DNA from: Clostridium sp. CAG:609
Lineage (GTDB): Bacteria; Bacillota_I; Bacilli_A; RF39; UBA660
Assembly (NCBI GenBank): GCA_000438075.1
Contig: FR903540.1
Coordinates: 14,086 to 78,085, forward strand
Reading direction: 5' to 3'
DNA length: 64,000 nucleotides
The notes beneath the pieces are model-generated. The model was given only the letters and a program-made list of their open reading frames with translations, was not told the DNA's origin and searched no databases. The translations under genes and the position numbers were made by a program. Positions 29,552 to 38,931 of the stretch are shown here, piece by piece (position 1 is the stretch's first letter; every line of letters starts with the position of its first letter).

Positions 29552-30931
29552 ATGAATAATTTAAATGAAGAAATATTTAGAGCATATGATATTCGCGGAG
29601 TATATCCAACAGAAATAAATGAACAAACTGCTTTTACAATTGGAAAAAGTTATGGCTCTTATTTACAAGAAAAATATAACAAAGATACGTGTATTGTTTC
29701 TCATGATAATAGGTTATCAAGTGAGTCTTTGACTCAAAATCTAATTAAGGGTTTAATTTCTAGTGGTATTAATATCATTAGCCTTGGTTTTACAACAACT
29801 CCGATGAATTATTATGCAAGATATATAAATGGAATGCCAGGTATTATGGTAACTGCAAGTCATAATCCAAAAGATGATAATGGATTTAAGTTTTCATTTG
29901 ATGGAATGATTAATGCTCGCGGAGAAATGATTGATGATTTCAAAGCTTATACTTTAAAAGGTGAATTTAAAAATGGTCAAGGTAAAATAACCAATACCAA
30001 TATTACTGATAAATACATAGAATATCTAAAGTATTCAATAAAGTATGGTAAAAATAAAAGAAAGATTGTAATTGATCCAGGCAATGGTGCAACATCATAT
30101 ATTGTTAGAAAAGTATTTGACACATCTTTTTGTAGTCCGGTGTATATTAATGATATACCAGATGGTAATTTTCCAAATCATCATCCAGATCCAGCAGTTT
30201 TAGAAAATATGAAAATGCTTCAAGCTGCTGTAAAACAACATAGGGCAGATTTTGGTGTAGCTTTTGATGGTGATGGTGATAGAATTGGTGTAGTTATGGA
30301 AAATGGCGAAGTACTTCCAATTGAATATTTGATGCTTATATATATTAAGGATATGTTACCGAGAGTTCAAAATAAAACTTTCTTATATGACATTAAATGT
30401 TCAAAATCATTAGATGATATGATTACATCTTGGGGTGGAAAATCTTTATGCTATAGAACTGGGGCTTCATATACTGAATTTAAAACTCATCAAGATAATT
30501 TGCCATTTGGTGGAGAATACTCAGGACACTTATATTTCAGGGATAAAGATGCTGATTGTGCCAGTGCTATTTATGCAGCTTTAAGGCTTTTAGAAATCTT
30601 GAGTAAAACTAGTGAAAAATTAAGTAAGATTATAAAAGAGTTTCCGAAGTATTATTCTACACCAGAAATAAAAATACCATGTAGTGATAATAAGAAATTT
30701 ATGGTTGTGGAAGAAATTAAAAAATATGCAAAGGAACATAATTACCCATTTAATGATATAGATGGAGTAAGAATAACATATACTAATGGCTGGGCTTTAG
30801 TTCGTGCAAGTAATACAGGACCAAACCTAACCTTTAGAGGTGAAGCAACTACTGAAGAAGGAGTAAAAATTCTTGAAAATATTTATTTACCAATGATTCA
30901 AGAAAAACAAAAGAATATTGATACATTATAA
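29552..30931 (+). CDS. phosphomannomutase/phosphoglucomutase-family phosphohexose (or pentose) mutase
   Basis: Active-site TASHNP, metal loop FDGDGDR, sugar loop GGEYSGH. Adjacency to deoD suggests a possible phosphopentomutase role (inference). Confidence 0.85.
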   Translation: MNNLNEEIFRAYDIRGVYPTEINEQTAFTIGKSYGSYLQEKYNKDTCIVSHDNRLSSESLTQNLIKGLISSGINIISLGFTTTPMNYYARYINGMPGIMVTASHNPKDDNGFKFSFDGMINARGEMIDDFKAYTLKGEFKNGQGKITNTNITDKYIEYLKYSIKYGKNKRKIVIDPGNGATSYIVRKVFDTSFCSPVYINDIPDGNFPNHHPDPAVLENMKMLQAAVKQHRADFGVAFDGDGDRIGVVMENGEVLPIEYLMLIYIKDMLPRVQNKTFLYDIKCSKSLDDMITSWGGKSLCYRTGASYTEFKTHQDNLPFGGEYSGHLYFRDKDADCASAIYAALRLLEILSKTSEKLSKIIKEFPKYYSTPEIKIPCSDNKKFMVVEEIKKYAKEHNYPFNDIDGVRITYTNGWALVRASNTGPNLTFRGEATTEEGVKILENIYLPMIQEKQKNIDTL

Positions 30932-30936
30932 TATAG

Positions 30937-32490
30937 GTGGGATTTAAAGTGGATTTAAAGGATGAATTTTTTAATTGTTTTGTGGGTGTAGATAAAGATG
31001 TAATTTTGTATGTCGTAAATAATTTAACACCAGAACAAAAAAGAATGTTAAATGAAGTATATGGCAAAACTAGTGAAGTTATAAATAATTCAACTAGAAA
31101 ATATATAATGAACATAATATTTAAAGATTTATACAAGAAGCCTTTGAAAGATTATATTGCAACATCTGGTGTAAATATTGTCTCTTTAGTTAACACTTTA
31201 AAACCTTTAGAAAGAGAATTACTTTTAAAAGAATATACCATTGATAAAATGGAACCAATTGAAGTATTAACTTCTGAAGAACTTGACAGAAATAAAAAAA
31301 CTATTAGAAAATTAAAAGATTCAGTTAGGATAAGAAGATTTAATTTAAGTAGAAAGAAAAGTTTAGATACATATAAATTATTCTTTGATTGTTTTTCTGA
31401 AGATAAACAATTAGTTACTAGAGTGGTAAAAACTTTATCTAATGAAGATATAGATATTTTACAAAAAAGATTTGGTAGTGATTACACATCACTTTATATG
31501 GTTGATGATGAAACACAAGAAATAATTAGAAATAGTATAATGCGAAAACTAAAAAGAGAACTTAATATATTAAAAAATGGTGGAAAGTTTGTAACAATAT
31601 TTGATTTTGTTAAAGATACGAGAGATATTGAAGTTATAAAAATGCGTATTAATTCAATGGATGTGTTCGGACAATCTTATATCTATAATTTATTTGGAAG
31701 TGATTTATCTAAGGAATATATTGTTGCAAAGACAAGACAAAACGGTGTTATTAGAAAAGTTTATCTAGATATATTAAATGGTTCAAAAGAAAATAAAAAA
31801 CATAAGTCTTTAGTTGAAATTTTTGCAAAATATAAAGGGGATCAAGAAAATGATGAAGAATTCTTACAAAGAATTAATTCTGCTTTAAAAGGATTAGATA
31901 AATATGATAGATATTTATTTACAAGAAAGTATGTTTATAATGAAAAATTATTAAGAATTGAAGCAAAACACTTAAAGTATGTTGTTCAAACAAGAATAAA
32001 AAGATTTTTAGTATCTGATGTTTTAGATGTTCCAACTTGTAAGGGTTTATTTGAGCGATTTAATGAAGGAGAAAAAACTGCAATTTTATATTATATAGAT
32101 AAACTATTTAATGATGAAGAAAAGGCTTTGTTTAGGAAAAAATTTGGTTATGATTTTTCTGGTGTTAGTTATTTATATGATGATATAGATAATAAAGCAG
32201 TTCGGGTTTTACTTAATAGATTGGAACGTCAATTGCTTAAAGATTATAAAGCTAAACTTAATACAGGCGTTAAAACTGATGTTATTAAAGCAGTAAGAAT
32301 TACTGCAAGAAGTGAAGAATATAATGATTTACGATATATTTATGGTGATGTTTTAGCTTTAGCTATTGTTTTATATGTTAGATATGGTAATAGAATAAGT
32401 TTTGATGAAATTGAAAAGATTACTGGTATTAAAGAAGCTGATGTTATAAAATATAGTGAAGAATATTTAAATAATGGAAGAGGAAGATAA
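30937..32490 (+). CDS. repeat protein built from about 6 sigma-70 region-4-like modules plus a terminal HTH (unknown function)
   Basis: 517 aa; GTG start. Recurrent module L.F..F....d...v...v..L...e...L...(F/Y)G.D. C-terminus ISFDEIEKITGIKEADVIKY. Confidence 0.6.
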   Translation: MGFKVDLKDEFFNCFVGVDKDVILYVVNNLTPEQKRMLNEVYGKTSEVINNSTRKYIMNIIFKDLYKKPLKDYIATSGVNIVSLVNTLKPLERELLLKEYTIDKMEPIEVLTSEELDRNKKTIRKLKDSVRIRRFNLSRKKSLDTYKLFFDCFSEDKQLVTRVVKTLSNEDIDILQKRFGSDYTSLYMVDDETQEIIRNSIMRKLKRELNILKNGGKFVTIFDFVKDTRDIEVIKMRINSMDVFGQSYIYNLFGSDLSKEYIVAKTRQNGVIRKVYLDILNGSKENKKHKSLVEIFAKYKGDQENDEEFLQRINSALKGLDKYDRYLFTRKYVYNEKLLRIEAKHLKYVVQTRIKRFLVSDVLDVPTCKGLFERFNEGEKTAILYYIDKLFNDEEKALFRKKFGYDFSGVSYLYDDIDNKAVRVLLNRLERQLLKDYKAKLNTGVKTDVIKAVRITARSEEYNDLRYIYGDVLALAIVLYVRYGNRISFDEIEKITGIKEADVIKYSEEYLNNGRGR

Positions 32491-32552
32491 AGTTGACTTA
32501 TATAGTTGACTTTTATTTTTGTTTGTGTTTTAATAGAACTTGGGTGGTAAAA

Positions 32553-33347
32553 ATGATGAAAATACTTGAAGATTTAGAAAGAAAAATAGCACTAGGTAAT
32601 ATAACTGGTAATTTAGGTAAAGCTATAGAATATGATAATACGATAGTTTGTTATGTAAGTAAAAAAAGTTTAAATAAAGATTTATTTTTGTTTAATTATA
32701 ATAGTGGTAAAAATACTAGAATTGCAAAAAAATACGATTTAGATAAAGAAATATTTTATGTATTTGATGGATTAGAAATTGCTCATGATATATATGGTTT
32801 TGACAATGTTTCTGTTTTATTTAGAAATTGTAAGTTTTTTGCAAATAGATTTGTTAAAGTAGATGGTTATTTAAAGATTAAAAACTCTAATATTGAAACA
32901 GTATTATCAATGTTTTTAGTTGCTGATAATATTTTAATAGATGGATTAGATATTCCAAATCTTGGTATTAGAAAAATAAGTTTTGGTGCTCGTGATGTTT
33001 TGAATATTAATGATTTAACTATCGGAGATAAATTTAACTTTTTAAAAAATAGTAATGTTTCTTTTAGTGGCAAGAATGTATCTTTAAATAATACTAATGT
33101 AAATGCATTAGATATATCTATAAATGGTGATAATTTATCTATTAGTAATTCTAAGTTAGATGGTAATGCTGTTTTAGTTAAAGGTAATTTAATAAATAAT
33201 GTAAGTAATATTGAAGAAAAAATATTTGATGAATCTATATTAACTTGTGATGATGAGCTTATAAATAAAAGAAAAGAATTGGTTAAAATATTAGGTCAAA
33301 TAAATAATGTTTGTCAAGATATGAGTTTAAAAAGAATATTAAAGTAG
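32553..33347 (+). CDS. hypothetical protein, Asn-rich beta-repeat-like C-terminal half
   Basis: ATG after GGGTGG (track ORF starts at 32493). Repetitive N..(L/I/V).(I/L/V) pattern at residues ~130-230. Confidence 0.55.
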   Translation: MMKILEDLERKIALGNITGNLGKAIEYDNTIVCYVSKKSLNKDLFLFNYNSGKNTRIAKKYDLDKEIFYVFDGLEIAHDIYGFDNVSVLFRNCKFFANRFVKVDGYLKIKNSNIETVLSMFLVADNILIDGLDIPNLGIRKISFGARDVLNINDLTIGDKFNFLKNSNVSFSGKNVSLNNTNVNALDISINGDNLSISNSKLDGNAVLVKGNLINNVSNIEEKIFDESILTCDDELINKRKELVKILGQINNVCQDMSLKRILK

Positions 33348-33418
33348 ATAATTTGACAAAATGTTTCCTTTATGGTAGAATAAAATCTCATTTTAAATGA
33401 GGTTATGGAGTGGTACAT

Positions 33419-33973
33419 ATGAAAAAACAAGATGAACAAAAATTTTTCTTAGCATTAATGGCAAGAGTTGGTGATTACTCATTTATAGATATTAGAAAGT
33501 TAGATATATCTTTTGGATATAGTCCGAATTCTTTAGCGGATATAGATTCTTTTACAATGCATTTTAGTAAATATGAAATAATTAATTCAATTAAAAGAGG
33601 CAATTTAACTAGTGAAAAATATTTAAATGGTAAGTTGGTTATTGAAGATAATCAAAAACATAAACCTTTAGAAGTTATAGATAAAGAATATTATAATAAT
33701 TTTAGAATAGATTTGTATTTGAAAGAAAAAATAGAAAATAAGCAAGAAGCTAATAATATAATTAATAAGTTTAGAAGTATATGTAAAGATGAAAGTATTT
33801 GGAATAGTTTTACTTTTGCAATTAAAAATAAAAACTTAGATTTAATCGTAGATATATTATTTAATTTACCATATTTAAGTTTAAGAAAGTATATGATTTA
33901 TTTGTTAGATGAAAGAAATAAAGAGTTAAACAAAGAAAGATATCAAGAATTAATTAGAGATAAAGCAGCATAA
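33419..33973 (+). CDS. hypothetical protein
   Basis: 184 aa; ATG after GGAG (track GTG at 33410); no motif recognised. Confidence 0.55.
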   Translation: MKKQDEQKFFLALMARVGDYSFIDIRKLDISFGYSPNSLADIDSFTMHFSKYEIINSIKRGNLTSEKYLNGKLVIEDNQKHKPLEVIDKEYYNNFRIDLYLKEKIENKQEANNIINKFRSICKDESIWNSFTFAIKNKNLDLIVDILFNLPYLSLRKYMIYLLDERNKELNKERYQELIRDKAA

Positions 33974-34055
33974 ATTGTTGCTTTTTACACTTTTTAAAAA
34001 GTTTTTTCCATAAATTAGAAAAAATGTATTATAATATATATAAGGAGTGATTAAA

Positions 34056-35222
34056 ATGTTTAAGAAAAAAAATGAATTAGACACAAATGGATTAAATGAA
34101 GTAATTTATTTAAGTAAAAATATTCTTAAGCTAAGTTTTGTAATATTAATTATTGGAATAGTTTTAGCATCATTTATTCTTTTAAAAGAAGTTGGTGTAT
34201 TTAAATTTATTGGAAGCTTACTTAATGTGTTGTCGCCTTTGTTTATTGGTTTTGTTGTAGCTTGGTTATTTGCACCATTAGTTGATAAACTTACTAAAAA
34301 AGGTATGTCAAGAATAATTGCATCATTAATTGTATATGTTGTGTTTATTGTATTTTTAATAGTATTCTTTAGAATATTTATACCAATTATATATAATGAA
34401 TTAAATGAACTTATTAAAACGTTACCTAGTATTACTGATAAGTTAACTGGTTTTATTAATAATACTTTTGATAAATTTGATGGAAGTAGTTTTGATATCG
34501 AAGGAATTAAGAATAATATATTAGATGCTATTAGTACATATGGTGATAGTATTTCAAGTAATTTACCAACTACAATTGTTAGTGCTATGTCTAATTTAGT
34601 TAGTGGGTTAGGCACAATATTCTTTGGCTTAATTATTGGTTTATATATGTTATTTGATTTTGATAATGTAACTAATTTATTACTTAAAGTATTTCCTAAG
34701 AAACATCAAATGGAAGTTGCTTCATTAGTTGAAAAAATAGGATCTGAAGTAAGAAAATGTGTTAATGGAACTTTGTTAGTTGCATGTATGGTATTTGTTT
34801 GTGATACGATTGGATTTAGTATTATTGGTTTAAAATCAGCATTATTATTTGGTTTGTTCTGTGGTATAACAGATTTGATTCCATATATTGGTCCTTATCT
34901 AGGTACTGCAGTTGCAACAGTTGTTGGGCTTACTCAAAGTCCATTGATTGGTCTTGGAGTTTTCATTATTGCATGTATTGTTCAATTAATTGAGTCTTAT
35001 GTACTTCAACCAATAGTTATGAGTAAAGCAACTAATTTACATCCAATTGTTATAATTTGTGGTTTATTACTTTTTGGACATTTCTTTGGAATAGTTGGTA
35101 TGATTTTAGCTTCACCAATTATGTCAATATTAAAAGTTATCTGGGAATTTATTGTTACGAAGTTTTCATTATTTCAGGATAATGATGGTGAAAGTATACA
35201 AAATTTAAGTGAAAATTCTTGA
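34056..35222 (+). CDS. AI-2E family transporter (PerM/YhhT, UPF0118)
   Basis: Polytopic membrane protein with the ...GITDLIPYIGPYLG... block characteristic of the family. ATG after AAGGAG. Confidence 0.8.
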   Translation: MFKKKNELDTNGLNEVIYLSKNILKLSFVILIIGIVLASFILLKEVGVFKFIGSLLNVLSPLFIGFVVAWLFAPLVDKLTKKGMSRIIASLIVYVVFIVFLIVFFRIFIPIIYNELNELIKTLPSITDKLTGFINNTFDKFDGSSFDIEGIKNNILDAISTYGDSISSNLPTTIVSAMSNLVSGLGTIFFGLIIGLYMLFDFDNVTNLLLKVFPKKHQMEVASLVEKIGSEVRKCVNGTLLVACMVFVCDTIGFSIIGLKSALLFGLFCGITDLIPYIGPYLGTAVATVVGLTQSPLIGLGVFIIACIVQLIESYVLQPIVMSKATNLHPIVIICGLLLFGHFFGIVGMILASPIMSILKVIWEFIVTKFSLFQDNDGESIQNLSENS

Positions 35223-35269
35223 TGTATAAAAGATTTTGTGATATATTTATTAAGTAATCGTTGATGTTT

Positions 35270-35445
35270 GATGTTATTTAAGTTATTTTTTAGAGAGTTA
35301 GTGGTTGGTGAAAACTAATAAGTGATTTAAGTAATTGCTACTTACGGAGATTAATCGGGTAATTGCGTTATAAATAATTAAGTAAATTAAAGGATGGTAC
35401 CGTCATTTATATGACTCCTTTTGGTATCATTCTTTTTATTTTGAA
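35270..35445 (+). promoter_or_regulatory. T-box riboswitch leader, alanine specifier (GCU)
   Basis: AGAGA (35292-35296) and GGTG distal motifs. Specifier GCT+A at 35337-35340. T-box AAAGGATGGTACCGTC (35389-35404) forms an antiterminator with the 7-nt bulge UGGUACC. A competing 13-bp helix 35389-35401/35423-35435 is followed by a U-run. Confidence 0.8.
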
Positions 35446-35454
35446 GGAGGATTT

Positions 35455-35979
35455 ATGAAAATATTTGTTGTTGGGGGTAAAAGTGGTAGTGGCAAAAATG
35501 AAGTTGCTAAGATGATTGAAGAATATTACATTTATAAGTTAAAGAAATGTGTTATTACAGAGTTTAGTAAGTATTTAAAAGTTTTTGCTAAAGAATTAAC
35601 TGATTGGGATGGAGTAAGTCAAGCAAAGCCTAGAGATTTCTTACAAGAATTTGGTGAGGTAATTAGAAACTATGATAAGAGATTCTTTACTAAGAGAATG
35701 ATTGAAGATATTGAAATTTATAAAAATGTAGTTGATGTAGTTGTTATAAGTGATGCAAGACTTCCTTTGGAATTTGAAGATATGAAAAATAATTTTGATG
35801 ATGTAACTAGTATTTTAGTGGTTAATCAATTTTCTCCATCTAAGCTTACTATTAAACAACAAAGTGATATAACAGAAACTGCATTAGAAAATTATGATGA
35901 ATTTGATTATATAATTGCTAATGATAAATTAGAAGAAACAAAAAATAAAGTATTTAAAATATTGGAGGGTTTAGAATGA
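35455..35979 (+). CDS. P-loop kinase-like protein (dNMP-kinase-like), unknown function
   Basis: 174 aa; Walker A GGKSGSGKN; VVISDARLPLEFE resembles the dNMP-kinase ..D.R...E block; ATGA overlap with alaS. Confidence 0.55.
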   Translation: MKIFVVGGKSGSGKNEVAKMIEEYYIYKLKKCVITEFSKYLKVFAKELTDWDGVSQAKPRDFLQEFGEVIRNYDKRFFTKRMIEDIEIYKNVVDVVVISDARLPLEFEDMKNNFDDVTSILVVNQFSPSKLTIKQQSDITETALENYDEFDYIIANDKLEETKNKVFKILEGLE

Positions 35980-37715
35980 ATATAAAAGATTTATTTATAG
36001 ATTATTTTGTTAGTTTAGATCATAAACAAATCCCAAGTGCACCAGTTGTGCCTGAAAATGATCCATCAGTTTTATTTAATACAGCGGGAATGCAACCGTT
36101 GATTCCATATTTAATGGGGGAAGCTCATCCATATGGAAAAAGATTATGTGATTATCAAAAATGTATTAGAACTAATGACTTGGATTCTATTGGAGATACT
36201 ACTCATCATACATTTTTTGAAATGCTTGGTAATTGGTCTTTAGGAGATTACTTTAAAGATGAAAGTATTACATGGAGTTTTAATTTTTTAACTAAAGTTT
36301 TAAATATTCCAGTTGAAAGACTTGCTGTTACTGTTTATGCAGGGGATGGTAGTATTCCTTTTGATCAAGTAAGCTATGATAAATGGACTCAATTAGGTAT
36401 AGATAAGGGACATATTGCAAAGACAGTAGAAGATAATTTTTGGATAGCTGGAGCTAGTGGACCTTGTGGACCTGATACAGAAATATTTTATTTTAGAAGT
36501 GATGATGAAATACCTTGTACTTTTGATCCAGAAGATAATAGATGGGTTGAAATATGGAATAATGTATTTATGCAATATTATAAAGATGATGCTGGTAATG
36601 TAGTAGAGTTACCAAAGAAAAATGTTGATACAGGAATGGGTGTTGAGAGAATTACTGCAGTACTTGAAGGAGTAAAAGATAATTATCTATCAAGTATATG
36701 GAGTGATGTTATTGATTTAATTTGTGATATTACTAAACTTTCTTATGAAGGTAATGAAGAGTCTATGAGAATTATAGCAGATCACTTAAGAACTGCAGTA
36801 TTTATTAGTGCAGACCCAGCAGGAATTAAACCAAGTAATACTGATCAAGGTTATATTTTAAGAAGATTAATAAGAAGAGCAATAAGGCATGCTAAGAAAT
36901 TAAATATTGATATTAATAGTGACTGGGAACAAAAAATAGCTTTATTAATAATAAATAAATATAAGAAGTATTATAGTGAATTATCTTTGAATTCGGGTGT
37001 TGTTTTGGAAGTATTAAAAAATGAAAAAGATAAATTTAATAGAACTTTAGAAAAGGGATTGAGAGAATTTAATAAGATTTCAAATAAAGATATTGATGCT
37101 ACGACTGCATTTCATTTATATGATACATATGGTTTTCCAATTGAATTAACTGTGGAACTTGCTAAAGATGCTGGTATTAATGTAGATACACAAGGTTTTA
37201 AGGAAAAATTTAAGGCTCATCAAGAATTATCAAGAACTGCATCTGCTGGTAAATTTAAAGGTGGACTTGCAGGTAATAGTGAAATTGAAACTAAGTATCA
37301 TACTGCAACACATTTACTTAATGCAGCATTAAAAATAGTTGTTGGACCAGATGTTCATCAAAAGGGAAGTAATATTACTGATGAAAGGATGCGTTTTGAC
37401 TTTAGTTGTGATCATAAATTGAGTGATGATGAAAAAAGAGGGGTTGAAGAATTAGTAAATAAGTGGATTAATGATGCATTGGATGTTCGTGCTCAGGAAA
37501 TGAAAAAAGAAGATGCTATAAAAAGTGGAGCTGAATGTATGTTTATTGAAAAATATCCAGATATTGTTACAGTTTATACAATCGGAGATAATGTTTCAAA
37601 AGAATTGTGTGGAGGTCCACATGTTAAAAATACTAGTGAACTAGGTCATTTTAAAATAATAAAAGAAGAAGCATCATCTGCAGGTGTAAGAAGAATTAAA
37701 GCTATATTAGAATAA
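35976..37715 (+). CDS. alaS: alanine--tRNA ligase, compact form lacking the C-Ala domain
   Basis: 579 aa. Class II AlaRS blocks NDPSVLFNTAGM, HHTFFEMLGNWSLGDYFK. Editing-site HTATHLL and CGGPHV. Ends at GVRRIKAILE. Confidence 0.9.
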   Translation: MNIKDLFIDYFVSLDHKQIPSAPVVPENDPSVLFNTAGMQPLIPYLMGEAHPYGKRLCDYQKCIRTNDLDSIGDTTHHTFFEMLGNWSLGDYFKDESITWSFNFLTKVLNIPVERLAVTVYAGDGSIPFDQVSYDKWTQLGIDKGHIAKTVEDNFWIAGASGPCGPDTEIFYFRSDDEIPCTFDPEDNRWVEIWNNVFMQYYKDDAGNVVELPKKNVDTGMGVERITAVLEGVKDNYLSSIWSDVIDLICDITKLSYEGNEESMRIIADHLRTAVFISADPAGIKPSNTDQGYILRRLIRRAIRHAKKLNIDINSDWEQKIALLIINKYKKYYSELSLNSGVVLEVLKNEKDKFNRTLEKGLREFNKISNKDIDATTAFHLYDTYGFPIELTVELAKDAGINVDTQGFKEKFKAHQELSRTASAGKFKGGLAGNSEIETKYHTATHLLNAALKIVVGPDVHQKGSNITDERMRFDFSCDHKLSDDEKRGVEELVNKWINDALDVRAQEMKKEDAIKSGAECMFIEKYPDIVTVYTIGDNVSKELCGGPHVKNTSELGHFKIIKEEASSAGVRRIKAILE

Positions 37716-37721
37716 TATTAG

Positions 37722-37747
37722 AACTGAGTTAATTGCTCAGTTTTTTT
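37722..37747 (+). terminator. rho-independent terminator of alaS
   Basis: 7-bp stem AACTGAG/CTCAGTT, 7-nt loop, T7 run. Confidence 0.8.
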
Positions 37748-37911
37748 GTTAAAAAATTGATTAAAAGAAAGTAATTAGAATGATAGAAAATTTAGATAAT
37801 ATAATAAATAGTATTGATTTAGTTAAATAAGTTTTATTCTTTATAATTTACAATTTCCTGCTGTGTTTTTGGAAAAGCACTGATATAATTTAGTTAGCAA
37901 TAGGAGGAATT

Positions 37912-38388
37912 ATGGAATACTTGGGTGTTTATGATGAGAATAAAATAAATTTGGGTAAAAAAATAGCACGTGGAGATAAGTTACTTGATAATGAACATAT
38001 TTTGATTGCTTTAGTTTTTATTGAAAATAGTGATGGGTTATTTTTGATTCAAAAAACATCAGTTGAAAAGGGAAGCAAATATAGTTCAACTGGTGGTCAT
38101 GTTTTATATGGTGAAGATTCAAAATTTGCCATAACTAGAGAACTGCAAGAAGAACTTGGGTTAGATGTTTTAAGTGATGAACTAAAATTTATGGGAAGTA
38201 TGTTACTTGGTATACCATTTTTTGATGTGTATTATTTAAAGAAAGACATTGATGTAAGTAAGTTAAATTTGCAAAAAGAAGAAGTTAGTGAAGTATCATT
38301 TATGAGTAAAAGTGAAATTAATGAATTAATTGATAATGATTTAATGATTAAGTCTCATGGAATAAGTTTTAGAAAATTCTTTAATTAA
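37912..38388 (+). CDS. NUDIX hydrolase
   Basis: Complete Nudix box GHVLYGEDSKFAITRELQEELGL (Gx5Ex7REUxEExGU). Confidence 0.85.
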   Translation: MEYLGVYDENKINLGKKIARGDKLLDNEHILIALVFIENSDGLFLIQKTSVEKGSKYSSTGGHVLYGEDSKFAITRELQEELGLDVLSDELKFMGSMLLGIPFFDVYYLKKDIDVSKLNLQKEEVSEVSFMSKSEINELIDNDLMIKSHGISFRKFFN

Positions 38389-38396
38389 GGTTTGTT

Positions 38397-38576
38397 ATGT
38401 ATAGTGTTTTGTTAGGTAAAATAAATTTTAGTTTTCCTTATATAAAGGATGAATTAGAAGATGCTAAATGGGTAACTAAAGATGAATTAATAAAAATGTG
38501 TAACCAAGGTATATTTGATAAGAATACTTATTTTGATGAATTAGTAAATGGTAATTATAAAGGAGATTATAAGTAA
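38397..38576 (+). pseudogene. C-terminal remnant of a NUDIX-like gene (59-aa ORF, not in track)
   Basis: MYSVLLGKINFSFPYIKDELEDAKWVTKDELIKM... resembles the post-Nudix-box C-terminus (E..AKWV..DEL). It has no Nudix box and no convincing RBS. Confidence 0.35.
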
Positions 38577-38577
38577 T

Positions 38578-38922
38578 ATGGAAAAAGTAAATGCTAAAGA
38601 TTATTTAGGTAAGATTGTTGAAATAAAGATTGATAGACCCTTAGGAAGTAGACATCCGAAGCATGATTTTATGTATAATTTAAATTATGGATATGTTCCA
38701 AATACTATAAGTGGTGATGGTGAAGAACTTGATGCTTATTATGTAGGTGAATTTGAACCTGCTAAAGAAGGTCGTGGGAAAGTTATTGCAATAATTCATA
38801 GAACTAATGATGATGATGATAAGTTAATTGTTTCTAAAGATGAATATAATTATTCAGATGATGCAATTAGAGCTTTAACTGAGTTTCAAGAAAAATATTT
38901 TGAATCTATTATTGAAAGATAA
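38578..38922 (+). CDS. small inorganic-pyrophosphatase-like protein
   Basis: 114 aa from ATG 38578. DRPLGSRHP...NYGYVPNT.SGDGEELDAYYVG pattern of short PPase-like proteins (from memory). Confidence 0.55.
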   Translation: MEKVNAKDYLGKIVEIKIDRPLGSRHPKHDFMYNLNYGYVPNTISGDGEELDAYYVGEFEPAKEGRGKVIAIIHRTNDDDDKLIVSKDEYNYSDDAIRALTEFQEKYFESIIER

Positions 38923-38931
38923 TGTTTAATT

